Translations under genes and position numbers: made by a program
Source of the DNA: Amoebidium appalachense
Lineage: Eukaryota > Protista > Ichthyosporea
Direction of reading: 5' to 3'
Assembly: GCA_963693365.1 (NCBI GenBank)
Contig: CAVNZM010000007.1
Location: forward strand, 124,001 to 188,000
DNA length: 64,000 bases
Notes under the pieces: model-generated
What the model saw: the letters and a program-made list of their open reading frames with translations, nothing else
Told to the model about the DNA's origin: nothing
The model's database searches: none
Part shown: positions 44,624 to 59,031 of the stretch, piece by piece
Position numbering within the stretch: position 1 is the first letter of the stretch
Layout of the letters: each line of letters opens with the position of its first letter

Positions 44624-45910
44624 TTATAAAAAGTATCAGTTTTTGAGAACGTTGCTAGCGTCTGGCCGAGTGGGTATGCATGTGGCCGGGTAGGTGGGTG
44701 GGTGGGTGAGTCGTATGGTGAAAGGTGGGGCGCGGAAGATGTTGGAAGGAGGGTGGTGGTGGTGGGGGGGGGGGGGGGGGGGGGGGGGAGGGAGGGAGTG
44801 TGCTCAGCCCGACCCAACATGGTCGGCGTGTGTTTCCAGGCTGCACTGCACGTGCCCTGGGCCTGCACGTGCACTGCACGTGCCCTGGGCCTGCACGTGC
44901 CCTGCAGCCACACGTGCACGTAACTCACAGACACCCACGTGCAGGAGCTGGTGGTGTGGACCACTTGGTTCTCCTTCCTCGGCTTTCTACGTGTCTTCAG
45001 CATGTTGGCCAGAGACCGCTTCGAATATGTACGTGCCAGCTACGTGCCTGTCTGCTGCACTGATAGTTGTGCATCTGAAGAGAAAAAAGGGAGGGGGGGG
45101 GGGGGGGAGGGGGAAGGGGGGGACGTGGGGGGAGGGGGGGGGGGGGGGGGGGGGGGGCACTTCATGAACTCATCAAGGTTGATAATGCTATAAGCGTGAG
45201 TGGTGGCTGTGTATTTGGATTTGTTTGGTGGATGACAGGCAAGGAGAGTATTTCAAAACACAGAGAGATACATGCGGGCTATGTGTGTGTGCCTGGCTTC
45301 TCCGAATGACGCTGTTTTTTTCCCCCACCCAGCTGACGTTCTCACCGACCACGCCGTGGGGTACACACGTGCGTATTCTTGGGCTGCTGTGTGGCATCCA
45401 GGGACTGAACATGGCATGGCTGGCTGTGTGCCTGGCTGTGTTTGCTGAGGCTGGCATAAGCATAGTGCTGCTGCTGACATTCGAGGTGGGTGTGGGTGGG
45501 TGGATGTGGGTGTATGTGGGTTTGGGTGGGTGTGTGTGTGTGTACGCGTGCATGTGTGTCTGCATGTGTTGGGTGTGTGGGTGCATGTTGGGTTGTGGGC
45601 TTGTGTGTGTTTGTGTACGAGCTGTTTCCCATCGCTCACCGTTAATCCTTGCAGTGCTACACGCTGTTTCCCATGGCTCACCGTTAACCCTTGCAGTGCT
45701 ACACGCTGTTTCTGGACACGCTGCAGACGCAGATCAAGTACTGTGTGCACCTGCACGACCTGGCCATGCCGGGCACGTGGGAGGCACGTGGGGTGTTTGT
45801 GTACCACACGGAGTTTGTGACCGACACGCTCGTGCTGCTGGGCACCCTGGTGCACTACTGCCACGTCATGGTGTGTGTGGGTGGGTGTGTGGGTGGGTGT
45901 GTGGGTGTGT

Positions 45911-45959
<49 letters not shown>

Positions 45960-46727
45960 GGTGTGTGGGTGTGTGGGTGTGTGTGTGGGTGGGTGTGTGG
46001 GTGTGTGGGTGTGTGTGTGTGTGTGGGTGGGTGTGTGGGTGTGTGTGTGGGTGGGTGTGTGGGTGTGTGTGGGGGTGGGTGTGTGGGTGTGTGGGTGTGT
46101 GGGTGGGTGTGTGTGTGGGTGGGTGGGTGTGTGGGTGGGTGTGTGGGTGTGTGTGTGGGTGGGTGTGTGGGTGTGTTGGGTGGGGGGGGGAGGGGGGGGA
46201 GGGGGGGGGTGAAGGGGGGGGGTTGGCTTCGGTGGTGCACGTGGTCGTGTGAGCTGGTTTGAGATCACCGTGTAAAGGGGAAGAGAGGGGGGGGGGGGGG
46301 GGAGTAGACAGGTAGAATGAAATATCACATGGGTGCGGGTTGTGTCTGCAGAGGTGGCTTCTGGTGTAGCAGGTGTGAGCCGGTGCACCCACAGCCTGGA
46401 TCCGGCCATGCACCCGGCACGTGATCATGGCATCGGATTCCTCGCTATACACTTTATCTGCATACGCCAACACAGTGCATACTCTACACGCACTTCATCC
46501 GCACACACCACCACACTGCACATGACACACTTTCTACACATGATATCTTCATCCACACAACAACATACTGACCTTGGCACACAGACGCTACACGGCATGG
46601 CGTTCACCCTGATCGATGCCATCATAGTGCTCAACATACGCACCGTGGGCCAGAGTCTGGCTGCAAAGGTCAAGGGGTACTGGAACTACCGCAGAGCAAC
46701 AAGAAACATGGAGACACAGTGAGTGCC

Positions 46728-46818
<91 letters not shown>

Positions 46819-47082
46819 GCGTGTGCCTGGTATGGTGGGTTGTGGGGGTGGGAGTAGGGAGGTTATCTACTTGTTGATTGTGTGTTTTCTACAAAAAGGG
46901 GTTTTGGGTGTGGGTCTGTATATTTTTGAGTGTGTTTATCTGGATAATGGGTTTTTTGGTGGGAGGGGAGTTTCTGTATGCTCATTGTGTTTGTTCTGCA
47001 TTATCGGGTTTTGGAATGGGGCGATCTATAATGTGATGATGTGTGTTAGTGTTTGGGGGCCGGAGGAGGGGGGGGCCGGAGG

Positions 47083-47127
<45 letters not shown>

Positions 47128-48499
47128 TTCTATTTGTTCACTGGTTTTTTCAAGGGACCTGAAAGTGAGCATGGGCCTGTGCTGTGGTCTGACGGTCCAG
47201 CAGGTTCCACGATGCCAGTGCCTCTGAGCTGCAGCGCTACAACGACACATGTGCCATCTGCAGAGACCACATGCAGGCCGCTAAGTGCCTGCCATGCAGC
47301 CACCTGTTCCACCTGTACGTGCATGCGTGCATGTGTGTGTGTGTATGCACGTGCATGTGTGTGTGTATGCATGCACGTGCATGTATGTGTGAATGCATGC
47401 ACGTCCATGTGTGTGTGTGTGTATGCACGTCCATGTGTGTGTGTGTGTGTATGCATGCACGTGCATGTGTGTGTGTATGCATGCACGTGCATGTGTGTGT
47501 ATGCATGCACGTGCATGTGTGTGTATGCATGCACGTGCATGTGTGCGTGTATTATGCATGCACGTGCATGTGTGTGTGTGTGTATGCATGCACGTGCATG
47601 TGTGTGTGTGTGGGTGTGTGTGTGTATGCATGCACGTGCATGTGTGTGTGTGTGTGTATGCATGCACGTGCATGTGTGTGTGTGTGTATGCATGCACGGG
47701 CATGTGTGTGTGTATGCATGCACGTGCATGTGTGTGTGTGTGGGTGTGTGTATATGCATGCACGTGCATGTGTGTGTGTATATGCATGCACGTGCATGTG
47801 TGTGTGTGTGTGTATGCATGCACGTGCATGTGTATGCGTGTGTGTGTGTGTGTGTATGCATGCACGTGCATGTGTGTGTGTGTTTGCGCGGGGCACAACA
47901 TCCATTCGCACACAGCCACACGTACGTTTGAATGAGCGCTTGCGTGCGCAATATGCATGGGCACACAACCACAATGCATATCTGCAAAAGTGTTTTTGGG
48001 GCTAGCATGCAGGCACACACAACCACGCGCATGTGTGCCTGTGTGCCCAATTACCATGGGGGCATGCATACGCACACAGCCACACACACACGTGCACTTC
48101 TGTAGGCAAGGATCATGGATGGCCACCATGGCTGTGGTGTGTATGTGGGTTTGGGTGGGTTCTGTGTGCGGCATGGATAATAACGCTGCCCTGAGGGGTT
48201 ATCATGTCATATCTGGGCTATCACTTCTTGGTCTGCAACATTTCACAGCTGCTTGTGTAAGTGTAAGTGCCCATGCATGTTGATGTGTGTGTATCCCAGG
48301 ATAGGAACAAGCACACACACGCCCACGTATTAAACACACATGCACATACTCATTTGCTCGCACTTCCGCTTACTAAAACACTTATACACGCACTTTCAAG
48401 TGCACGCCCACTCTCGGCCATGCACACACCGCAAGTAGCTGCACACATACACATGCATGTGCACGTAGGGATGCACAGGCAGACACACAAACACACAAA

Positions 48500-48530
<31 letters not shown>

Positions 48531-48578
48531 CACACGCACGCACGCACGCACGCGCACACACACACACACACACAGGCG

Positions 48579-48621
<43 letters not shown>

Positions 48622-48957
48622 CCTGTATCCGTTCCTGGTTGGAGCACCACAGCAGCTGCCCCACCTGCCGCCGCTCCCTGCTCGAGCCCCCCTCAGATGC
48701 CACCCCCAACCACATCCCAAATCAGTGCGTGCCCCCCTCTTCCCTCCCCCCCCCCCCCCCCCCCTTCCCCTCCCCCCTCTTTTTCACCCAATCCTGCATG
48801 ATGTTGCATGCCTGACTGTACCCTCTACCCCTCAGCCCGTTTGTTCTCATGTGTGTGTGTGTGTTGACTGTTTGATGCTCATGGATGGTGATGCTGGGTC
48901 AAGACGCTAACATATCTGGTGCATTGTGCACCCATACACACACCCATGTGCACACGT

Positions 48958-49053
<96 letters not shown>

Positions 49054-50489
49054 CGCCGCCGCCGCCGCCTTCACCTGGACCAGGCCGAACACACTTGGTA
49101 GGCAACCACGTTGGCATTGTGTGTGTTCACGTATTAATGTTTTTCAGAGTAAGGGAATGTGCACTACACATGTGGTATGTAGCCATGTATGTTTTAACCA
49201 GTGTCATGTGGCAACATGGTATTAATTAGTTTTGTTTGTGCCCCAAGTTGGTTACTTGTGGTACCTGCAGGTGGCATGGTGTTGCAAGCGTGGGAGTGAG
49301 ATGGAGTTGGTGAGGGTGGTGGTTGTTGGGACACACAAACAAGGAAGATGTGGGGTGTATGCTTGAGTGGGTGGTTGGGTGTGTGGGGATAAATGGGGTA
49401 GTGGTGGGGTGGGGGATTGGGGAGGTGGGGTGTGTGTGGGTGTCTGTGTCTGTGTCTGTCTTTTTCTGTGTCAGTGTTTGTTTGTTTTTTTTGTTTTTTT
49501 GGTTGGTTGGTTTGTGTGGGGGGGGGGGGGGGGGGAGAGGGGGGGGGGGGGGGGGGGGGGGGAGGGGGGGGGGGAATTGCTGTTGACGAATCCATCTTTG
49601 GGATGAGTGGCTGTAATGGTTGAGGCAGGGCCAAGTGGGGCCAAAAAACCAGGTGAGAGGTGCGGGAGCATTGAGTGGGGGTTAGGCAGGCATGCAGCAG
49701 ATTCTCTCTCTGTGTGTGTGCGTGTGTGTGCGTCCGGGCGGGCGGGACGGTGGGGGAGGGCCACACACGAGTCTGTGCCGACGGTGGTGGCTGGCTGATA
49801 GCTGCCCTGACACTGTGTTTTGTGCAGTTGGGCGCATGGGCCAGTGGATCAACAGTGCACTGGGTCTGGGTGAGGACACACAGCAGACAGTAGATCCACA
49901 GTGGGTATGTGCATGTGTGTGTGCCTGCATGTGTGTGTGTGTGTGTGTGTGTGTGTGCCTGCATGTGTGTGTGTGTGCCTGCATGTGTGTGTGTGTGTGT
50001 GCCTGCATGTGTGTGTGTGTGTGTGCCTGCATGTGTGTGTGTGTGTGCCTGCATGTGTGTGTGTGTGTGTGCCTGCATGTGTGTGTGCCATGCATGTGTG
50101 TGTGCCTGCATGTGTGTGTGCCTGCCATGCATGTGTGTGCCTGCATGTGTGTTTGCCTGCCATGCATGCATGTGTGTGTGCCTGCATGTGTGTGCCTGCC
50201 ATGCATGCATGTGTGTGTGCCTGCATATGTGTGTGCCTGCATGTGTGTGTGCCTGCCATGCATGTGTGTGTGTGTGCCTGCCATGCATGTGTGTGTGCTT
50301 GGCATGTATGTGTCGGCCTGCCTTTGTGTGCCTTTGTGTTTCGGTGCTGCGTCCCCTCCCCTCCCCCCCTCCCCCCCCCCCCTCCCCCCCCCCCCCCCCC
50401 CCCCCCCCACCCCCACCTCACCCACCCCACCCCGGTGTGTTTGGGTGTGCCTGGAGGGGTCTTTGGCTGTTGTGTGTGCTGTTGAGTGC

Positions 50490-50536
<47 letters not shown>

Positions 50537-51136
50537 TGTGCAATGCACGTGCCTGTGTGTGTGCTGACGGTTGCTGCAGGTTGAACGTGTGGTTGAGCTG
50601 TTCCCCAACATCCCTCGTCAGACAATCATTAACGACCTGGTAAACAACCCCCCCCCTTTTTCTTCCTCACGACGTTTACTGCTGCCCATATCCACCGTTT
50701 GCTCAGTCCCACTGCTTGCCTGTTGCCCTCTTTTTTTGTTTCGTAACACAATATTGCTGTTTGATTAACAATAAAGAGTAGGTGGCATACCGAATGCTTC
50801 TGTCTTCAAGTGTAGATGCAGTTAGAAATCCGTAGGTGGATCTGATGCAGTGTTTGTGCTTGTGCATGGGTTTTCTTTTTTTTACTGTGTCTGTATGTTC
50901 TGTGGGTTTTGAGTGTTGGTCCTGTACCTTTTGCATATTTGCTTCTCTTCTTGTGCGTTGTTGATTTTGTTTATGGGTTTCTTCCGCTAGCCCGCTTCCA
51001 GAAGGCATGTCTATGGCCCTGACGGTTTTATGTATTTCTGCAAGCCCCCTTCCCTTCCTTTGCATATGCATAACATTTGCTCCTGTGCATTCTTACTCTC
51101 TGTGCCGAATATCAACAAACCAACCAACCAACCCCC

Positions 51137-51224
<88 letters not shown>

Positions 51225-51426
51225 CGGTCAGCGGCTCACCCGACCGCACAGTAGAGAACATTCTAGCCGGTCGCCTACCTACCCCACAGGCACCCCCACC
51301 CCAACCGCCACCGCCAGCAGCAGACCCCCTCCCCGACCTCCTGAGACCACTGCTCCCCCTCGACACTATTCCAAGGACTCTGCAAGAGTTGGTGCGTGTG
51401 CCTGTGCTTGTGTGTTTTTTTTTTTT

Positions 51427-51522
<96 letters not shown>

Positions 51523-51683
51523 TGTGTGTGGGTGTGCATTTTCGTCTTGCTCGTTTTCCTTTTTTTTGTTTTCTTTGTAGTACTTTTTTTTTGTTTGTTT
51601 TTTTTTTTTTTGCGTGTGTGTGTGTGTTTGTGTGTGTGGGGTGGTGACGGTGGTGGTGGTGGTGGTGGTGGTGGTGGTGGCCT

Positions 51684-51753
<70 letters not shown>

Positions 51754-51757
51754 GGGG

Positions 51758-51826
<69 letters not shown>

Positions 51827-52239
51827 TAACAGCACTCGAGCATGCACCCGTACACACTACTTCGGTTTAAGCTGTGCCAGCTGGTAATCTATAAGATGTT
51901 GGACGTACGACTACTTTAAAGCGTAGAGCAGGAAGAAGAGATAAGTGGAAGGGAATCCAGCCATAGTTTTATTTGTATACCATGAGAAATACACACACAC
52001 ACACACACACACCACCCCCTCTCACTCACCCTCTCCCCTGCAGCGTGCCGCAGCACCCCCGCTACCCAGAGGTCTTATTGACACACAACAAGGGGACAGC
52101 AGCAGGCTGCTGAGTGCAGGCACACACAGTGGGCCAAGCATGCTGGATGGGGGGAGAGAGGTGCTGGTGGCTAGGCACAGGGCGTAAGTGGTGCTTGTCT
52201 GTGTGGGGGATGTGGTGTGTGTGAGCTTTCTTTTTTTTC

Positions 52240-52303
<64 letters not shown>

Positions 52304-53081
52304 GGGGTGGGGGGGAGGGGGGAATATGAAGCCAGGGGGCAACTGGCATGAATAGTGGGCAAAGGAGAGAATGTTTTGGTATGTGTAACTGTCTCTAGAG
52401 AGCCCTTAGCAGACATTGCTTTCTTCTACGTCGTCCCCCCCCCCCCCCCCCTACACACACACACACACACATTCCTTCTCTCTCTCCGTGTATCTGTGAG
52501 CCCCTTCCCCCCTTCCCCCCTGTTTTCTTCCACATAACCCTTACGGCACAGGTCATTGCACGTGCACACACACCCAGGCACGTGATCTCTCTACTACCCC
52601 CTTCCCTCCCCCTCCCCCTGCCCCCACAAGTGCGCTACACCCTCAACCTGCCTATCACCCCCCCCACCAACCACCCCACCCCCACAGGCGCTACCTTGCG
52701 CGCCACACACCGTTAACCACCCAGCCAAGCCCCCCCAGCAGCCCCATACAACGAAACCCCGACTCTATCACCACCCCACGGCCCTTCACTCTCCCCTCGT
52801 GGCTCTCTGGTTCCTCCCCCACGACACATACCTCCCCTTCTGCCCCCACCCACCTTCCAAATTTGGCGTCACCCCCCGGCCTGCGCCTGCGCGCCACATC
52901 AACCTCCTTGACCAATCAGCAAACAGCCACAAACCCCACACGGTCATTTTTGGGTGGGGGTTTATTGCAGGGCCCAAATTCGGCCCTGGTTGGAAATCCA
53001 TTCCCCCCTTCGGTACAACAAGAGCCAGGCGAAAATGAGGGGGATTACAGTCCCCAAAACACACCTCCCAGCCGACTATGA
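41193..53081 (+). CDS. AMFR: AMFR/gp78-type ERAD E3 ubiquitin ligase (TM domain, RING-H2, CUE)
   Basis: 16 phase-consistent exons: 41193-41215, 42523-42688, 43379-43471, 44114-44191, 44945-45028, 45333-45485, 45697-45870, 46585-46718, 47204-47314, 48620-48724, 49084-49118, 49828-49904, 50580-50639, 51224-51391, 52044-52183, 52688-53081. HRD1/gp78 TM motifs: [12 protein letters not shown] and [13 protein letters not shown]2: '[39 protein letters not shown]'. CUE: '[20 protein letters not shown]|[17 protein letters not shown]'. Confidence 0.92.
42826..43260. repeat. Intronic minisatellite, 27-bp unit gtggtaggtgacctatgcatgtgtgtg (about 15 copies)
   Basis: Near-perfect tandem array in AMFR intron 2. 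Confidence 0.95.
47320..47880. repeat. Intronic compound repeat tatgcatgcacgtgcatg + (tg)n
   Basis: Same palindromic core as 11020-11505, and again directly after a donor site. Confidence 0.9.
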
Positions 53082-53881
53082 CCACTGTAGGAGTGGGTGG
53101 GTGTCTTGAAAGGATATATCGCGGCATGTCGATTGTGTGGTGTAGCCTTAATGTATTCAGTATTGCGCGAATGACACAGGATATGTACGGCCCAGCCTGT
53201 GGGTTGGTGCTGAAAATATGCGCGAAAGTGTGATTGGTCAGATTTATGATTGCTGCCTTGCCTGGTGCAGCCAATTATTTATATATAATATATTATGGAC
53301 ATTACATGTGAAATGTGTTTTGCCGTCGAATCTTGCAGTGTTTTTGTATTGGTTTTACGGGTTTGCAACCAGGTGTTAGATGCAGAGACATGAATGACCA
53401 CGGCATGCCTGCTTGCAATAATTATTGCTCTTCATACTTGTGATCACTGACTTAAGCATAGAGCACCGACTGTGGATTTTGAAATTTTAAAATAAGTGCT
53501 CTCATGTTGTGCCCACCCATTTATATGGTACCGGTCGACAGGTGGAAGTTTGGGTAAATGTTTTGAATAAATATGCCCGTCGGCTCCAGCTGGCTGAATC
53601 CCAATTTTCTTGCAAAAGGTCGGATGCGCAGCTCATCACCCATACACAGTACACACACGGCACTTAACACGGAAACTGCTACACCCTGTCAATTTGTTTT
53701 TAAACAGGCACATGTACGCTGGAGAGCTATTTAGATCTCTGTCTCCAATCATCCCCCCCACCGAGCACCTTGTCTTGAAACACAAACACACGCACACCAT
53801 GATAAACGTACGCCGGCCTGTACACGTGTGTGCTCACGTATAGGCTGCAGACGTGCATATGCCAGACGTCGTGCACATTAA

Positions 53882-54177
53882 AGGGGGTTTCTTTTAGCAT
53901 TTCGGGCCGGGTCGGGTCAGAGGGGTTTCTGGCTATTTGATTGGCGTGCTGCGCATCAGCTGCGCACCATCGTTTTGCCGGCAGCAAGGTACAGAGGCGC
54001 CATAATACAACAAAAAAGAAAAAGAAAAGGGGGGAAAAAGAAATACAGAAGGGAATAATATTTATGAAGCGTTAGAAAGAAGATTGCAGTTCATATCATT
54101 GATTTATATGCTGAACAAATGGCATGACCCGGAAGTGCTGGAATGGGGACAATTAATCGGCCTAAACGAAACCCCCC
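53882..54177. mobile_element. Kolobok-like MITE (TTAA target duplication, RR..YY termini)
   Basis: TTAA at 53878-53881 and 54178-54181 flank imperfect TIRs: agggggtttcttttagc on the left and ggggggtttcgtttagg on the right (reverse complement). Confidence 0.6.
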
Positions 54178-54353
54178 TTAAATTTGCAATGGCATAATTG
54201 TACAAGCACAGTCGCTCCGACACTTTTTCAGGGAGATATATATTTTGGTTGTGGTTGTGGTGGTGGTGGTGGTATTTGGTGTTCCGTATGTAAATTAAAT
54301 GGTGGTGAACATGGTGGTGCGGGTGGGTGGGTGTGCGTGTGGGTTTCACTAAC

Positions 54354-54384
<31 letters not shown>

Positions 54385-55179
54385 TGGTGGCGGGGTTGGG
54401 AAGGCCGGGAAGGGAGGGGGGAGGGAGGGGGGAAGGCGGGGGGCGGGGGAGGGGAAGGGGGGGGGGGGGGAGGGGCCTGGGGCGGGCGGGGGGGGGGGGG
54501 GGGGAGGCCTGGAGGAGGGGGATAGGGGGGGGGGGGGGGACTCCCCGTTCTCCCCCCCTCACCTCCCCCTCCCCCTCCCCTCAACTCGAGAGCTCCCCAA
54601 ACTCCGCGATCCCCCCTCCTTCCCCCCCCCCCCTTCCCCCTCCTTTCTCCCCCCCCCCCGCCCGGCCCCGCCTTCCGGACCCCGGGGCGCATTTAACGAT
54701 CCCGGCCGGCATACAGACAGGCTGAAAGCACCCACGTGCACACGTGCACGCGTGCTGCACCAACACTCAACAGCTGATTGGACAACGTTGACACGGCTGT
54801 ATTGCATGCATACTGCCTCCACCCGCATACACGTAGTATGCATGAATGCATGCATAACCAGGGTCGTCGATGATTCGTTCGAACATGGAATTTGCATGTG
54901 GTATACGTATACGCACACATCCCTCACACACGAACAGGCACACACGTGTGTACACATGTATGTCACACGCATAAACACACACACACACAGACACACGCAC
55001 CGTACATACGCGAACAAGTACACGCACGCACGTGCACACGCACACAACTTGGAGAATTTATGCACAGCCACACACACACCGTAGCACGTAGTACCGTGGC
55101 ATGCACACGCACACACCACAAACACGCGGGCACAGACACAAAGGCAGACACACGAACACACACGCGCGCACGCAGAGAC

Positions 55180-55261
<82 letters not shown>

Positions 55262-56115
55262 AGTCACACACACACACCGTCACACACAAACACAACACAC
55301 ACACCCTCGCACGCACACATACACACACCGGCACTGTGACACAGTTCATTGGCTGCATGAACGTCGAAACCAATCATTGCGTAGATTGGAACCGCTCCCA
55401 GACTCCCATGTTTGGGGCGTATTGTGTGTTTTTAGAAGTTTTGGGTTTCTGAATTCAGAGCTCAAACAGAGTATTGCATTTTGCAAATCGTTAATAGAGA
55501 CATTAAACGGCATTTCCCCTGCATAAACAAATATAAATGTATACCCTATTTTATTTTAGAAGCTTTTGGTTTTTCACAGCTACACGCTACATTTGCAATA
55601 CTTGATTTTTCAATCTTTTGAAAAATCGGCCATCAGAAAATGTGGGGATAAAGCCCGGAAATATAACCAGCAAGGCAGTCACAAGGCCATGGGAAATTAA
55701 TCCCCATAAACCTTATAATGGATGACGGCTTAACTGCGGAACAACTCAGCAGCCTTCACAAGATAAAACTACATCAGTATATATACATTAATTTATTTAT
55801 TTTGTAAAAACACAAACAACACTTAAAAGCTTTTAGTGTGTATTTATTGCTTAAATATGTTCTATTTCTTTCTGTACGGTTTTCTAAACGTTTTTTCATT
55901 CAGTGAAACTCTACATTTTCTATTAGCCATCTGACCCCATGGAAGGGTGTAGGGTGGCCAAGTGAGCATGGCTACACACGGCAACCGCCAAACGCAAAAC
56001 AGAAAACAAACACGCCCAGATAGTATAGTTTTTATAAAGCATTCAAAAGAGTAGGAATATACCGTCGGTATACAGTAGGTCAACACTTATACAACATACA
56101 CACGCAACGAGCACA

Positions 56116-56154
<39 letters not shown>

Positions 56155-56180
56155 ACGTACACACGTGCACGGCACCCCCC

Positions 56181-57290
56181 ATGACCATGGAGAAACACGC
56201 GAGCCAGCTCGCCATCTTTGGCGCTATATCCAACTACTGGGTGATCTCCATCTCAATCGTTTTTGTAAACAAGGTTCTCATGTCCGGGGATAACAAGGTT
56301 GACGCGCCGATTTTCATCACTTGGTATCAGGTGCGTGTACGAGCAGAGACACATGTGTGTGTGTGTGTGTGCGTTTATTTGTGTAGGGGTTAGGTATGCG
56401 TGTATGTATAGGAAGGAATCTGCACATGAGCCGTCTGTTGTCTTTGTGTGTCTGTGGGGCTTCCCTGGGGTGGATCTCCGCGTTTTGTCTGCCCTGTGTG
56501 TGCCTGCAACAATTTTGTATAATTAAGTTACTTCCTAAGACCTTGTAAGAAGAGGTGGCAGTCGTGCTTTACATTGTCATACCATGTTGCACTCTTCGGT
56601 ATGCTGGAGTCAATGGGGTCCGACAGCGAGTTGTTGTTTAGCGCCAGAACGAGAAATATGTTAGCAGCCCATTACACACACACAAGTGTAAAACGCTTGC
56701 GCCGAGGAAGGCACGTGATTTTGCTGTGCGTGCGGATGCTACTAGTGATTAGTGATTGTGAACATGGGATGAAAAGGGTGTGGGTACAGGCTCGGTTAGA
56801 TCCAGCAACAATTGGTGATCAAAGAGTTTTTGTGTTCTGCAATGAAGCCATGTAGAAGATTTAATAACGTGACCCCCCTCCTCCCTCCCTCCCTTCCCCC
56901 CCACCGCCCTCCCACCCCCAAAACACATACACAAACACATGCGGCTACACACCGCCTTCCCTCCCCTCTCCTCGGCCCGGGCGGGTCTAGAATACCCAAA
57001 TTGACCACACAATTGTACACACAAACACGCTCGCACGCGATCTAGACGTCCACAAATGAATAAGAACAAGCACACACCACATATTACACACACACACACA
57101 CACACACACATGCAGTGTGTGTGCACGGTGTTTGCCTGCTGGGCCATGGGCAAGCTCGGTCTTGCCGGGGTGCCCCAGTACGAGGTGAGACAGGACGTGC
57201 TTAAGAAGGTGCTGCCGTTGTCGGTTGTGTTCCTGCTCATGATCCTCACCAACAACCTGTGCCTCAAGTACGTCGAGGTCTCCTTCTACC

Positions 57291-57354
<64 letters not shown>

Positions 57355-58638
57355 AGGGGGAGATGAGGAGGCAGGGGGGGAGGGGGGGGGGGGGGGAGGG
57401 GGGGGGGGAGTGGAGGTGAAGCGTTTTTTTTTTTTTTCCTGGAAGAGAAGGGAGGGGGGAGAACGGGGGGAGGATATGCTAGGGAGGGGGCAGGGTACGA
57501 GAGGGCTGGCAGGGGGGGGGGGGGGGGGGGGAAAGAGAGAGACACACTCCTTAGCCTCTGCACAACGTGATTTCTGAATGATAACGCTACTAACACACCG
57601 AATGCTTTTGTTAAGTGTTTCTCCCACCAATCCCTTCTGCCCAAGCTCGCAGTGGTACTCTCTATGTCCACCCACATTGGAATGGTTTGAAGACTAAAGC
57701 CTGCACACGTACCACCCACACTAAACCACCCATATCCGCCATACGTTTCTCACCACCATCTTTTTCCTACTCTCAACACACACATTAACACACACAGAGA
57801 GAGAGACACAAAACAAAGCACTAATCCCATCCCCTTGCCCTTTCCTCTACAGATTGCACGGTCACTCACGCTCGTGTTCAACGTCATTCTTACCTACTAC
57901 TTTCTCGGTGAATCCACAAGCCCTAAGGCCCTAGCCACGTGTGGCATTGTTCTGTTTGGATTCCTCCTTGGCAACCAGCAGGAGGTTAACTGGAACATTC
58001 TAGGTGTTGTGTTTGGTGTTACGTCATCCTTGTTTGTTGCACTTAACTCCATCTACGTCAAGAAGGTCCTCCCTATCGTGGACAACAACAGCTGGAAGCT
58101 GACGCTGTACAACAATTTCAATGCCTGCATCCTGTTTGTGCCCTTCATTGTCTTCTCCGGCGAGGTAATGTGTCCCCGCATGGAGTCATGTGCCTGCGAT
58201 TGTTGGTGTGATCCCGTGCATACACGTGAATCCATGCAGGAGGGTTGGGGGGGAGGAGGGGAGGGCAGGCGGGGGGGGGGGGGGGGGGGGGGGGGGGGAG
58301 GGAGGGGGGGAGAGAGAGAGAGATAGAGAGAAAGACAAAGAGTTTGTGTGTGTGTGTGTGGTGGTGGGGGGGGGAAGGGGGGGGGGGAGGGGGGGGGGGG
58401 GGGCTTGGTGGGTTGGGAGGTTGCGTGTGTGTGGTAGGTGCCACTTGTTGGCACATGCACAGTTTGTGTTTATAGTTGCTGTGCTTTTGTTGACAAATGG
58501 TGCTGCTAGGCTTGTTCTTCCGATCGCATAACCGATAACTAACATACCACATCACCAACCCCACGATTTCCCTCCAACTACGCCTTGCACACGTGCACCC
58601 TCCCCCCTCCCCCTTCCACACCTAACACACACACACAC

Positions 58639-58682
<44 letters not shown>

Positions 58683-59031
58683 CCCCGTGCTCCTCAACAG
58701 CCCCACTGTGCGCACTACCTCCTTCTGGGCCATGATGACCTTGGCGGGTGTTCTGGGCGTTGCGATTGGTCTAGCCACAGCCTATCAGATCCAGATGACG
58801 TCACCCCTCACACACAACATCTCTGGTACTGCTAAGGCCGCCGCACAAACTGTGATGGCACTTTATATTTATCAGAACCCGATTACTGGGTGGGGTGCAT
58901 TTTCTATTGGGCTTGTTTTGGCTGGGTCTATGGCTTATACGATGGTCAGGAGGAATGAGATGTTTGCGAAACAGAATGCACCACGCCCCGACGTTGCTTA
59001 CTCGGAGCTTAAGAATGTTGATACTAAGTGA
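56181..59031 (+). CDS. SLC35C1: GDP-fucose transporter
   Basis: Exons 56181-56330, 57116-57292, 57853-58164, 58681-59031, all phase 0. Motifs YWVISISIVFVNK, APIFITWYQ, NNLCLKYVEVSFYQ|IARSLT, KKVLP...LTLYNN and TSPLTHNISGTAKAAAQT. Confidence 0.95.
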
